DNA of 32,000 nt from Methylophaga frappieri (GTDB taxonomy: Bacteria; Pseudomonadota; Gammaproteobacteria; Nitrosococcales; Methylophagaceae). The stretch is taken from positions 1,140,001-1,172,000 of the forward strand of contig NC_017856.1 in the NCBI RefSeq assembly GCF_000260965.1, given 5' to 3'. How positions within the stretch are numbered: position 1 is the stretch's first letter; the number at the start of each line of letters is the position of its first letter. Position numbers and translations under genes: made by a program. Of this stretch, positions 18,129 to 28,800 are shown one piece after another. Below the pieces are notes generated by a model, which made no database searches, was not told the origin of the DNA, and was given only the letters and a program-made list of their open reading frames with translations.

Positions 18129-19064
18129 TCAATGGGTTGTATTCGCTTCGTTATCCATAGCTTGCTTCATGCTGGTATTCACCGAATGCAGACCCACCGC
18201 CATAGCAAGCGCTAATAGTCCAGCCATTAACACCGTTGCCGCTGAAGCGCCAAGATATTCAAACCATTGGGTATAAAAGTGAATACCGCCAAAGACCACC
18301 ACCGTATTAAAAACCCAGCGACGATTACGCCGCCATGCCCAAATTGCGGTGAGCATGATCGCCATTGCCCACAACCCGCTAAATACGCCGGCCGGAATGA
18401 TTATTTCACTTTCTGCGCGCTCGCCCCATAAGGAGCCAATCCAAAAACCAAAATTCACTAAAAACACACTGGTTCTTGCTGAAACAATAGCGAGATTTTC
18501 ATAGTCTGTGGTGAGCTTTTTGGAGCATAGATACAAACCTATCGCCAGAGCACTGAACAGTAAAATGGTCAACGTTGGTTCCTGAATGACCAAAAAGTAG
18601 CTGGCATGGTAATACCCCGTTCTCGCACCGATACTGGCGGATAACATCAATGTGCCTAACACGGCAAGCAAACTGCTTTTGGCAAAAATGCTAATTAAGG
18701 CAAGTAAACCAGTCACCGCCAAAATAGCAACCAGTGAACCATTAAACGCAGCAAGCAACCCGCCGCCGGCCATTAAAACGCCAACCAACATGCATATATT
18801 GGCCAGTAAGCGCCATTGTTCCTGGCCTGAACGCAATAACACCAGCCCAGAAATTAACGTCAATAGTCCAATGATTAATGCCGCCTGAACGGTTGGCATC
18901 ATCGCCAAAGCCGCGCTACTGACCGCAATCACACCAAAACCAATCAATACATTAAAGGCCAATGCCCCTGTCGACGCTGCCGCCAAACGGTATAATTTCT
19001 GGTATTCCGCCTCGCTTATTTGCCCATCCCTTAGCAACTGTTCCAAATCCAGCGTGACTTTCAT
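18129..19064 (-). CDS. Hypothetical polytopic inner-membrane protein (DUF2157-like N-terminus)
   Basis: 311 aa. A short soluble N-terminus (LEQLLRDGQISEAEYQKL) is followed by about 9-10 hydrophobic helices. A strong RBS (GGGAGG) precedes the ATG. The family assignment is tentative. Confidence 0.6.
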   Translation of the reverse strand: MKVTLDLEQLLRDGQISEAEYQKLYRLAAASTGALAFNVLIGFGVIAVSSAALAMMPTVQAALIIGLLTLISGLVLLRSGQEQWRLLANICMLVGVLMAGGGLLAAFNGSLVAILAVTGLLALISIFAKSSLLAVLGTLMLSASIGARTGYYHASYFLVIQEPTLTILLFSALAIGLYLCSKKLTTDYENLAIVSARTSVFLVNFGFWIGSLWGERAESEIIIPAGVFSGLWAMAIMLTAIWAWRRNRRWVFNTVVVFGGIHFYTQWFEYLGASAATVLMAGLLALAMAVGLHSVNTSMKQAMDNEANTTH

Positions 19065-19161
19065 GATGCCTCCCTGTTTAGTTATAGGCTGGTTATGTCA
19101 CGAAAAATTGGCGAAAGCAAGCGGTTACAATTGGCCAGACTTACTGTCAGCACCAATGTAT

Positions 19162-19989
19162 TTACGGTTGAGGCGATTGACTGTTTATTCTGACAATTGT
19201 CGGCGTTATGTTTTTCAGTAAAGGCATCGTAGAAAACAGCAAAAAAAGCCATTTAACAAAACCTCTCGGAAAGGTGGAATAACCCAAGTCTGTAATGTCA
19301 TGCGGTGCTGTAAACCAGTGGTTGAGCCTGCGAACAATGCTGTTCCTGTTGATACCCCATGGCATTTTGGGCGTCTGATAAGTTTCGGTTTTTTTCCAGC
19401 CTTGCTGCGACAGCGTCTTCTTCGCTATCCACTCTGGAATCGTGTCGAACATTAAGCACCAATCATCAAAAGCCTGTTCTATATCCTGCAACAGCAACTT
19501 GACTTCCTGTTCAGGGAAATACATAAACAGGCCTTGGGCGGTAATAAACACCAGTTTATTTTTTGGTACAAAATCAAACCAGCTACGATCAAGCGCAGAA
19601 ACCGCAATATGCCGATAACGTGCATCGGGTTTAATAAACTGCTCCCTTATCGCTATCGCTTCCGGCAAATCGACACTCAACCAAGTTACTTGTTTCGCTT
19701 GGATTCTGAAACGCTGCGTTTCCAGCCCTTCACCAAGGTTAACCACGGTTGCATCGGGATATTGCGCCAGAAAAGCCCTGATTTGCCGATCAAAATCCAG
19801 TGATCTAATGGCATGCGATGCTTCTGCTTCGCCAAATTTTTTTACATAGTCATAGTCGATACTTCGATAAATCTTGACTGCCATGTCATCTTCAATAACG
19901 GCATCGTCACGCATCGCTTCAACAGCACGATTATGCAAAGTCCAAAGCATCGTTTCCGGCACGGCTTTCAGATTTGGTTTGATTGTCAT
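19162..19989 (-). CDS. Class I SAM-dependent methyltransferase (COG3315 / TcmP / leucine carboxyl methyltransferase-like)
   Basis: From the ATG at 19987-19989 (RBS GGGAG upstream): MTIKPNLKAVPETMLWTLHNRA...VVNLGEGLETQRFR...WLSVDLPEAI. This is the conserved pattern of the O-methyltransferase family often annotated as 'involved in polyketide biosynthesis'. The substrate is unknown. Confidence 0.8.
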   Translation of the reverse strand: MTIKPNLKAVPETMLWTLHNRAVEAMRDDAVIEDDMAVKIYRSIDYDYVKKFGEAEASHAIRSLDFDRQIRAFLAQYPDATVVNLGEGLETQRFRIQAKQVTWLSVDLPEAIAIREQFIKPDARYRHIAVSALDRSWFDFVPKNKLVFITAQGLFMYFPEQEVKLLLQDIEQAFDDWCLMFDTIPEWIAKKTLSQQGWKKTETYQTPKMPWGINRNSIVRRLNHWFTAPHDITDLGYSTFPRGFVKWLFLLFSTMPLLKNITPTIVRINSQSPQP

Positions 19990-20115
19990 CCCTTGCTCCC
20001 TGCTTACGTCAGATTTGATAAATTGCCGGCATCTACCCAACTCGGTGACTACCGTTTTATTCAACGCTAATATAGAATGATTCTCAAATGCATTTCACTT
20101 TTAATCATTTCAGGA

Positions 20116-20532
20116 ATGACCATGAATCAATTTGCCTCCTATACTTTTTCCGCTTTCATTGCCTTGTTTTTAACACTCACCGCCCCTGCTGCGCTCGCCG
20201 ACGAACAACCGATTCAGCACCGCCAAGTCGCTGACATAACCGACTTCGACGAAGCCAAGCAAGTCTTCAACGAGACCACGGCTGAAATCAAAAGCATCAA
20301 CACACTGAATGCCGAAACGATGCATGAAATTCACATGATCACGTATTCGTTGGAAAAAGCGATTGCCTATTTCGTTGAAAATATGCAAGGCGCTCAGCAA
20401 AAATCCGCAGAAAAAATGGCTGCTGTGGTTGAACTGGTTCACCTAGGGTCAGAAAATAATCGCAAAGTTGAAACTGAAATCTACTTAGAAGAATATTTTT
20501 CTCTTGCTGAAGATTTTGCCGCCAAAATGTAA
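20116..20532 (+). CDS. Hypothetical small secreted all-helical protein
   Basis: Signal peptide ...MNQFASYTFSAFIALFLTLTAPAALA, then about 110 aa of predicted helices containing MHEIHMITYSLEKAI and VELVHLG. The start is ambiguous (ATG at 20077, 20116 or 20122). I cannot name a family with confidence. Confidence 0.55.
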   Translation: MTMNQFASYTFSAFIALFLTLTAPAALADEQPIQHRQVADITDFDEAKQVFNETTAEIKSINTLNAETMHEIHMITYSLEKAIAYFVENMQGAQQKSAEKMAAVVELVHLGSENNRKVETEIYLEEYFSLAEDFAAKM

Positions 20533-20578
20533 TTTTCAATGATAAGCGTCAACAGTTACAATTTCCGAAACACAGCGC

Positions 20579-20611
20579 TTAATGGCTAGGCACCATGAGT
20601 CTAGCCATTAA
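20579..20611. terminator. Perfect 11-bp inverted repeat (hairpin) between convergent genes, overlapping the recD stop codon
   Basis: ttaatggctag (20579-20589) and ctagccattaa (20601-20611) are perfect complements with an 11-nt loop. There is no U-tract on either side. Confidence 0.45.
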
Positions 20612-22340
20612 TCCCTAACTGTTCGGATAGGCCGCTTTCGCGATGATGACGGGTTTCGATTGTTTGTCTCAACGTCAGCTCGCTGCTCAAAAAGGCCACT
20701 TTCTCCCGCGCCCGTGTTAGCGCCGTGTAGAGCAATTCACGATTCAAAACAGGGCTAAACTCATCAGGTAACAGTACAGACACCTCATCAAACTCCGAGC
20801 CCTGACTTTTATGAATGGTCATAGCGAAAACGGTCTCGTGAGCAGGTAATCTGTTCAAACTAACCCATTGAAATGTCTCCGCCACTTTAAAACAGGCTTT
20901 GAGTTGACCTGTCTCGTCAGGTAAAACGATCCCAATATCCCCATTAAACAACTGTTGCCGATACTGATTCTGGGTTATTAAAATTGGCCTTCCGACATAA
21001 TACGAGTCCGCAGCCCGCCATCCTCGCCGTCCCAAATAACGGCTCATCATTTGATTAATGCTTGCAACAGACTGTGGCCCTTGGCGTAGCGCAGATAACA
21101 CGCGATAACGTTCAAAAGCATGGAGTATTTTCTCGTGTGATGCTTGGTTTTCAACCGTCTCAATATAAGCCTGATAACCGGCAGTCACGACTTCATGAAT
21201 ATCATCCGACGTGGTTTGCCGCCATGATATATCTGAATCAGGAAGTGTCAGAATATTGATAACCGAGCCACTGTCGCCTTGATTAATTAGCTGGGACAGC
21301 TTGCCAATCGCACTTTCATCAGAAAATCGGTAGCTATGTTTCAGTCTGACAAAACTATCTATAAGCAATTCGGGCGTGTTTGATGAAGCTTTTTCAAGGC
21401 CAAGACAAGAAAATTGCTCAATGAAAGTATCTGAAAAAACACCTTGCTGCCCCTCACTGAGATTGGCTAAAACAGCACCAGACTCCACAGAGGCAAGCTG
21501 TTGACTATCACCCAGCAAAATAAGCCGCGTTTGTTCAGACATTGCACGCATCAATTTTGCCATCAGGCTAATGTCAATCATGGATGCCTCATCAATAATG
21601 AGGACATCTAAAGGCAATGTTCGCTTATGGTTATAGCGACCAAAGTGATTCTGTTCCGTTATACCGAGTAGCCGATGTAATGTTTTAACCTCATAACCTG
21701 GTTGACGAATAGCCTGCTGAAGTCGTGCTGCTGCTTTACCTGTTGGGGCCGCAAGACCAATTTGAAGTGAATTGGATTGCTGCTCGAGACACTGCAAAAT
21801 CTTTAATACGATCGAGGTTTTTCCTGTACCTGGCCCACCGGAAATCACCCCAAATTGGCGACTAACCGCCATAGCCACTGCGACTTTTTGCCAGTCAGTA
21901 CCAACGGTATGTGACTTCCAGTTGATTAAATCTTGATTCAGTTGCGTGAAATCAACGTTTTCAACTGGCTTGAGCCGAAGCCTAATAAGTGAGGCAACAT
22001 CACGCTCATCCAACCAAAATCGATATAAATAAACCTGGCCAGCATCTGTCAAAATCAGCGGTCTATACTCTCCCGGCTCCCCAACCACACGACTGGTTTT
22101 TAATATCTCAGTCCAGGTAGCGACCTGTTCAGGCAAATAATCGGATACCCCTTTGGTCACAGCAGGTACCTGGTGCAAATTCAGACAAACATGGCCTTGG
22201 GAAACCGCCTCGGTTAATAATCCTGCCGTCAAACTGGTCGTGAGTGGTTCACCTTGTGTTTTACGTTCGATAAAATCAGCAAATTGACAAGCAATCTCAC
22301 TAAACCCACATTGGCGTAATAAGCTGAGCGCCCTAAACAT
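20601..22340 (-). CDS. recD: Exodeoxyribonuclease V subunit alpha (RecD)
   Basis: 579 aa. SF1 helicase motifs are present: ISGGPGTGKTS (Walker A), LIIDEASMID (Walker B), ILLGDSQQLASVESG and MTIHKSQGSEF. It follows recB with an 8-nt overlap. Confidence 0.92.
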   Translation of the reverse strand: MFRALSLLRQCGFSEIACQFADFIERKTQGEPLTTSLTAGLLTEAVSQGHVCLNLHQVPAVTKGVSDYLPEQVATWTEILKTSRVVGEPGEYRPLILTDAGQVYLYRFWLDERDVASLIRLRLKPVENVDFTQLNQDLINWKSHTVGTDWQKVAVAMAVSRQFGVISGGPGTGKTSIVLKILQCLEQQSNSLQIGLAAPTGKAAARLQQAIRQPGYEVKTLHRLLGITEQNHFGRYNHKRTLPLDVLIIDEASMIDISLMAKLMRAMSEQTRLILLGDSQQLASVESGAVLANLSEGQQGVFSDTFIEQFSCLGLEKASSNTPELLIDSFVRLKHSYRFSDESAIGKLSQLINQGDSGSVINILTLPDSDISWRQTTSDDIHEVVTAGYQAYIETVENQASHEKILHAFERYRVLSALRQGPQSVASINQMMSRYLGRRGWRAADSYYVGRPILITQNQYRQQLFNGDIGIVLPDETGQLKACFKVAETFQWVSLNRLPAHETVFAMTIHKSQGSEFDEVSVLLPDEFSPVLNRELLYTALTRAREKVAFLSSELTLRQTIETRHHRESGLSEQLGING

Positions 22341-25300
22341 CCGTCACCTCAATCATGCACCTGTCTAAAGCATCCAGTAAGGTGCTAGATGGCCGGTCAA
22401 AAAAGACGCCCGACTGCCCCCAGTCAGGCTGCATACCGCGGATGAACAAATAATAAACCCCACCAAAATGCTGGTCGGGATCATAACGACTTATGCGGGT
22501 CTTCAGGTAGCGATGTAGCGCCAAACTATATATCAGGTACTGCAAGGGGTAATGGTGCGTAATCATCGCCTCTTCGAGCGCGGCTTGCTGATATTGATTC
22601 GGATGATTGCCCAAAAAATTAGACTTGTAATCGACAATATAAAACTGTCCTTCAGACTCAAAAACCAAGTCAATAAAACCTTTCATAAAACCTTGCAACA
22701 TCTTAAAGTTAAGTTGCGCAAGGACGGGTTTTAGGATTGGCATCGCATTGGCATGAGGCATTAAGGCTGCTTTTAGCCGGCCAACTGTCAGCGCATTAAC
22801 GGGAAAATAAAACGCCATTTCATCCAATCGTTTCGTCGTCGGTATTGAGGCCAACGTCAAATGAGAAACCGGCGATAACGGTGTTAACACAACCGATTGC
22901 AGCCATGTCATGACCGTGGGTACCCATCCTTTTTGTATGCCATGCTGACGTAGATTTTTCGTGACAATTTCTTGCCAATCAGAGCCCGTATTTTGAAAAT
23001 CCCAGTGCTCAAAAATACTGTGTAAGCAAGTCCCCGCCTGCGCACCTCGAGGAAAACTAAACTGATCAAAGGAATGCGTCACTTCAACATGCGATGCTGG
23101 CACGACAAAATCTGCATCATGATCAGGCTTTTCACTGGTAAAGCCGCGACTCAGCTGCGTAAAACTGCCAACCTGCCAAACTGGCTTAATCGAAGCGGTA
23201 AAACGTCGAGCCTGCCAAATCAAATCATTATCCTGTGATGCCAATAATGAAGTCGTTTTTGAAGACTGACTTAAGGCGGTCAATGTCATCGCAACCGGAT
23301 TGCGAAGAATAAATTGCTGAAGCTCGTCTCGCATTTGTGCCGGTTCAGGCGTTGTATGGTGTGCATGTAAGAGTGAAAACAAGGCTGATTTTTCAACCTC
23401 TCTCACCGCCGCCCAATTAATGACACATCGCTCACGCGCTCGCGTCAGGGCAACATAGAGTAACCGTAACGATTCCGCTTTTTCTTCGTTTTCATAAGCC
23501 AATTCCGCTTGACTCATTTCTGGCTCACCAAATGCAACACATGCTTGGTTATCTTCTTCTCTATGAAAACTAATTACCGCCGGTTTCTGCCGAGGTTTTC
23601 CGACATGCCATAAAAAGGGGCAATAAACAATAGGATACTCCAGTCCCTTACTGGTATGGATGGTCACGACCTTGACTAACTGCTCATCACTTTCTAGTCG
23701 AATTTGCGTAGTCTCTTGCGTTTCCCCACTCGCCTGGCGCTGTGATGCCAGCCAAGTAAGAACCGCTTCCATGGCATGATTATGCCTACTGGCACAGATC
23801 TGCGTCAGTTCGGCTAAATGCAGCAAATTTGTTAACTGTCGTTCTCCATCCGGATTCGCCAATAAGCGACTTGCCACATTTTGTTCCACCATCAAACGAC
23901 GAAACATGCTGATAAAGCCAGTTTGTTGCCATCGTTGATGCACCGATAAGAAATAATCGGTGACCTGTTGCCAGTCAGCTTCATTTTGCTGTTTGTGATA
24001 AAGCGTTAATGCCGTATCGGCAAATAAAGGGGTCGCTAACGCCGTTGAAATCAGCACGTCATCACTCGGGTGCGCTATCGCCATTAAGACTTGTTCCAGC
24101 ATGCGAGCCTGTGGCGAGTGAAATACATTGTCACGAGATTGCAGTACGCTGTTCACCCCTCGCTTGCGAAGTGCTTGCTGTATATCAGATGCCTGTTGAT
24201 GATTCCGCACCAATACCGCAATATCCCCACCATTTAAACGCCGCGACCTATTATCCGTTGTTAATTGAACTTTGCCGCTGGCTGAATCATTCAGCAACGC
24301 AGCAATGTCATCTGCCGTATGATCAGCTGCCCACCGCTGCATGCTCCCTTTATCTGCCACTTTGCCCCCTGTGTCATGCCACCAAAACGCTAAGGCCGAC
24401 AAAGAGTGATCCGCATGACACAGGACCGAAGTAGGCTTTCTTTCTGCTTTGACGGGGATAAAGGGAATATCGGCATAGCGAAAAGGCGTCTCAACTTGCT
24501 GAAATAGTTGATTCACCGCGTCTACTAGTAAAGGGTGAGAGCGCCAATTGGTATCAAGGTTAAACTCGTTCGCTGAAGCGCGTTTTGCCTCCAAATAGGT
24601 AAAAATATCCGCACCACGAAAACTGTAAATTGCTTGTTTTGGATCACCCACGAAAAAAACCGGTAGCTCGCTTTTCTGAAAAAGACGACGAAAACAATCG
24701 TATTGCACCGGATCAGTATCTTGAAACTCATCAATGAGCGCCGCCCTGAACTGTTGCCGGATACGCGTAACAAGTTGACCGCCATGAACCCCATCCAAGG
24801 CTGACTGCAAATTAATCAGTAAATCATCAAAGGCTTGAACTTTATTTTGCCGTTTTCGCTTCGGCAGTTCTGTCATCAAATAATCTGCCAATTGCCGACG
24901 CAAATATTGCAGTTTCAACGACCAACTAGCCACGAGATGTTGATGGGAAGTTAGAAATTGCTCCGCCTGCTGCCAAAAGTCATTGTCCGGCAGTTTTTTT
25001 CCTTTTTTGAGTGCGGCTTCTAAACGACTAGGTGTAAACCGATCAAAATCCTGAAATAGACTTTCCGGTAACACTTCGCTTTGTATCATATTGGTCAGCG
25101 CTTCCAGCCATTTAGACACTGATGTCTTTCGGTATTGATTGCCATTCAGCAAATCAGTGTCAGAAACCGTCTGTACGACCTCATCTCGTTGCGCCCACCA
25201 ACATTTTTTTAAGGCGATAAAATCGGTTTGGGCTTGACGGTAAGCAAATTCAACGTCCACCATTTGCAGTGGTAAAAATTTTAAAAAAGGCTTCCCTGAT

Positions 25301-25824
25301 AAATGCCCTACAGCGGCAAGCAAGCTTTCGGGCGTTTGTTTTTGTTGCAGTAAGTAACGCGCAAAGGCCGGATCGACCTCGCTAATCACGCGACGCCAAA
25401 AATCATCCACAACGGTTTGTTTGATGGCCTGTTCATCCGTCACCATTTCCATATCAAAATAGTGACCACTCTCAAAGGCAAAATCTTGTAAAACCCGCTG
25501 ACAAAAACCATGAATCGTATAAATCGCCGCTTCATCAAAGCTTTGGATTGCTACTTGTAATCTGTGTCGTTCGGTTTTAGTTGAAACATCCTGAGCCAAA
25601 AGCGCATCACGTGCCTCGACTAACCGCCGACGAAGCCTACTGCGTAACTCTTCCGTTGCCGCACGGGTATAAGTGACCACCAAAATTTGACTGACTTCGA
25701 GCTGCTCTTCAATAACGAAACGACAATACAACTCTGCCAAGGTAAATGTTTTACCGGTTCCGGCACTGGCTTCAATCAAATTACTGCCAGATAGATTGAC
25801 TGTTTTCGCATCCAAGAGCGTCAT
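22333..25824 (-). CDS. recB: Exodeoxyribonuclease V subunit beta (RecB)
   Basis: 1163 aa. N-terminal UvrD-like helicase motifs are present (IEASAGTGKTFTL, LIDEFQDTDPVQY, VGDPKQAIYSFRGAD, TIHTSKGLEYP), as is the C-terminal PD-(D/E)xK nuclease domain (GFIDLVFE...YIVDYKSN). Confidence 0.95.
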   Translation of the reverse strand: MTLLDAKTVNLSGSNLIEASAGTGKTFTLAELYCRFVIEEQLEVSQILVVTYTRAATEELRSRLRRRLVEARDALLAQDVSTKTERHRLQVAIQSFDEAAIYTIHGFCQRVLQDFAFESGHYFDMEMVTDEQAIKQTVVDDFWRRVISEVDPAFARYLLQQKQTPESLLAAVGHLSGKPFLKFLPLQMVDVEFAYRQAQTDFIALKKCWWAQRDEVVQTVSDTDLLNGNQYRKTSVSKWLEALTNMIQSEVLPESLFQDFDRFTPSRLEAALKKGKKLPDNDFWQQAEQFLTSHQHLVASWSLKLQYLRRQLADYLMTELPKRKRQNKVQAFDDLLINLQSALDGVHGGQLVTRIRQQFRAALIDEFQDTDPVQYDCFRRLFQKSELPVFFVGDPKQAIYSFRGADIFTYLEAKRASANEFNLDTNWRSHPLLVDAVNQLFQQVETPFRYADIPFIPVKAERKPTSVLCHADHSLSALAFWWHDTGGKVADKGSMQRWAADHTADDIAALLNDSASGKVQLTTDNRSRRLNGGDIAVLVRNHQQASDIQQALRKRGVNSVLQSRDNVFHSPQARMLEQVLMAIAHPSDDVLISTALATPLFADTALTLYHKQQNEADWQQVTDYFLSVHQRWQQTGFISMFRRLMVEQNVASRLLANPDGERQLTNLLHLAELTQICASRHNHAMEAVLTWLASQRQASGETQETTQIRLESDEQLVKVVTIHTSKGLEYPIVYCPFLWHVGKPRQKPAVISFHREEDNQACVAFGEPEMSQAELAYENEEKAESLRLLYVALTRARERCVINWAAVREVEKSALFSLLHAHHTTPEPAQMRDELQQFILRNPVAMTLTALSQSSKTTSLLASQDNDLIWQARRFTASIKPVWQVGSFTQLSRGFTSEKPDHDADFVVPASHVEVTHSFDQFSFPRGAQAGTCLHSIFEHWDFQNTGSDWQEIVTKNLRQHGIQKGWVPTVMTWLQSVVLTPLSPVSHLTLASIPTTKRLDEMAFYFPVNALTVGRLKAALMPHANAMPILKPVLAQLNFKMLQGFMKGFIDLVFESEGQFYIVDYKSNFLGNHPNQYQQAALEEAMITHHYPLQYLIYSLALHRYLKTRISRYDPDQHFGGVYYLFIRGMQPDWGQSGVFFDRPSSTLLDALDRCMIEVTDV

Positions 25825-28800
25825 AATTTGCCACCTTGCAAATGCGACACAATATCTTGATAAATTTGCTCGGCAATTTCTGTAAACAGGTCATCAAGCG
25901 GAGAGTCGGGATAAAGTAACTGGTAATAGGGGTCATCCTGTTCTGAAGTCACATGAAGATTGCCTGAGGACCAGACTTTTCTGGCTTGCTCAATGGCCGC
26001 GTCACCTTTACCCGCAATAACGCCTCTGAAATAAGCAAGGCTGGCCTTATCAAAAAATTTCAAGGGTTGGTGACAACCTTGCCAGTAATAGTCCAATAAC
26101 TTATTGAGTACCGGAGTTACATTATTTACAGGCAGAAAATGCAGCATGTTATCTTCGGTAATCAATCTTGTTTCCAATGCAATACCCTCCGGATGCAGGT
26201 GATTTAACACCAAGTGATCCAGCCAAGCTGCCATCACATCTTTACCCTTTAATTTGGCCAACCGATAACGTAATAAGCCTTGTTCTGTGACCGCTTCTAG
26301 TTGTCCCTCAAGTTGGAAACGCTCAACACAAAATTCAAATGGTAAGGTAAACGCGACGGACTCTGATCGAAGCTGTTCAAGTCGCTCAGAAAAGTCCATC
26401 ACCTTATCCACTTCCTGATCAAACCAGGCATCACCAATATAGCCATGAGGCAACACCCCTTTGGCCCTGACAATATCACGATACGCTGCGACCGGAGCCG
26501 AGGCCAAATTGACCTCGAGTAATTCTTGCCGTAGCTGCCAGCTACTCAGCCCATCAAGCTGAAAAGGTTCACGAGTTTCCAAGACTTGCTCATCCGGTTG
26601 CAACTGAATATGTAACCGTTCCCGTAGCAAAAATTTCGCTGGGTGAGCAAAAAACCGGGCTAATTGATCCACGCTGATATGTCGCCAAGATTCCTCAGCC
26701 TCAGGTAAGGGCGAGGCAAACCAATCTGCTTTTGGAGAAACTATTTGAGGTGGACACTGTGATGCATTAAAACTAAATAATTTGTCATCCATCCCATCAA
26801 AATACCGATAACTAAACGGCTGAAGCGGATGTTTGGTTTTTATTTGATCAAGAATATCGCCGCCTGACTGTGTTTCAAACCGCATTGAGAGAAAATCTTG
26901 AAAATCACTTAACAATACCGAAGGTGGGATATCATTATTATCGACAATACTCGCCCCGACATAACTCAAATAAAGTCTTTTTTTTGCAGACAATATCGCT
27001 TCCAGAAAAAGGTAACGATCATCCTCCCGGCGAGACCTATCCCCTTCACGATGATCTTGCGTCAATAAATCAAAGCTCAAACCCGGTTGTCGCCGAGGAA
27101 AGTCAGCGTCATTCATACCCACGAGACAAACAACATCAAAAGGTATACTACGCACTGGGACCATGCCACAAAACGTCACACCGTACCCCATAAATCGTTC
27201 GGCACCATTCAGCTCTTCTAGATGCGATGAAAGCCAACTATGCATCAATTCAATGCCAACCTCATCAGCAAAACTGGCTTGATCAGCACTTTCCAGCAGC
27301 TTATCAAGCTGTTTCCTAACAGCCATTAACTCAGCATCTAACTGCTGTTCATCACGGCCACTCGTATCAAAAAAAGTATCCAAGCAATGATTGAGGTGAC
27401 TGTGCCAATCGAGAATAGTCTGCGGCTTGTCTAAGACTTCACGCCATAAGTTCAGCTTTTCAATGAATGCACAAAGTGCAGCGGCAACGGTCGCTTTTTC
27501 ACCTTGAATGCCATCCAGTCCCAGCTCTCCATCAAACAATCGCACCGGTTGATTGGGCACGGTTAATGGCATAGCAAAGCCTAGCATCAGCCGATTTAGA
27601 CCCGCACGCCAAGTATTTGCATCGGTTGCAGGAAGATTCAATCTCTGCTTATCTTGCTGATCAAATCCCCAGCGGATATGGGTATGTCGACACCAGGTGC
27701 GAACCCATTCAATTGCCGTTTCATCTAATAAAAACTGCTTTTGAACAGCAGGACATGCCAATGCAGACAGCACCATTTCAACATCAAGACGAGACGATGG
27801 CAGTTGCAATAAACTCAAAAAAGTCTGAATTAACTGACTTTCAGATTGGCTTTGATAATCTGTAATACTAAAAGGAATAAACTGATCGCCCTTTGCTGAA
27901 CCAAATACAGCCTCAATCCAAGGTGCATAGACGCCAATGTCTGGTGTCATCACGACAATATCCGCTGGCGATAAGTCTGGATCGCGCTCAAACATAGCTA
28001 ACAATTGATCGTATAGCACCTCCATTTCGCGCATCGGACTATGACAACTATGAACCATAATAGAATCATCGGTTTCTATAACGGGTGACTTTTCAGCCAC
28101 CGTTAACCAATACATATCTGCCTGTAACTCTGCCAGCATCTGTCCTGATTCAGGAGGCTCAAAATAACTTATGGATTGGTGCTCGATCTCTTGTAGTTGT
28201 CGAAAAAATGTCATCCCTTGCTTACCAAGACTGGCTAACAAAGGGTGATCAGGCTCATAAGGAACAGCGTCCGGTGACTGCTGCAAGGCCACTCTGTGAT
28301 GCTGTTTAGTCTCTATTAACTCCCCCCAGTAATATTCACTCGGCGACAGCGTATAGATCGTAATATCAATATATCGGGCCAATAATGTGAACGTTTGCAA
28401 GTAAACAGGCGGTAGCGCTGTCAAACCAAACAGGTGCAAACGCTGAGGTAAGCCTTCAGGGGGCGTGTTACTGTTTTTCAGTTTGTCATGTAACTTTTCG
28501 AGCAAGTAAGCGCGATGCTTCGGCTCAGTATCATGCTCAGTTAAGGCATACCATAACTGGCTTTGCCAGTTGTCAGTCTGACCTTTCTCCCATTGTCGAA
28601 TCCAGTCTGGTCGAAACATGAGGTATTGGTCAAAATTATCCGCCAACCTTTCGGCTAATTGATAGCGCTTCAATGGCTCATTCGTCTCGCCCAAGTAGGT
28701 AGAAACTGACTCAAAGCCAGCAACATCACTATAGCGAGGTAATAATGCGTAAATACGCCAGACTAAAGCAGATTTACTATACGGTGAATCGAGTGGAATA

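Noticed and set aside
19990-20064. Upstream extensions of the methyltransferase (25 aa, 19990-20064) and of the DUF481 protein (13 aa, 13181-13219)
   Set aside because: The internal ATGs have good Shine-Dalgarno sequences (GGGAG, GGAG). They also yield family-typical N-termini: MTIKPNLKAVPETMLWTLHNRA, and a proper signal peptide MLKRRMRPLALLL.
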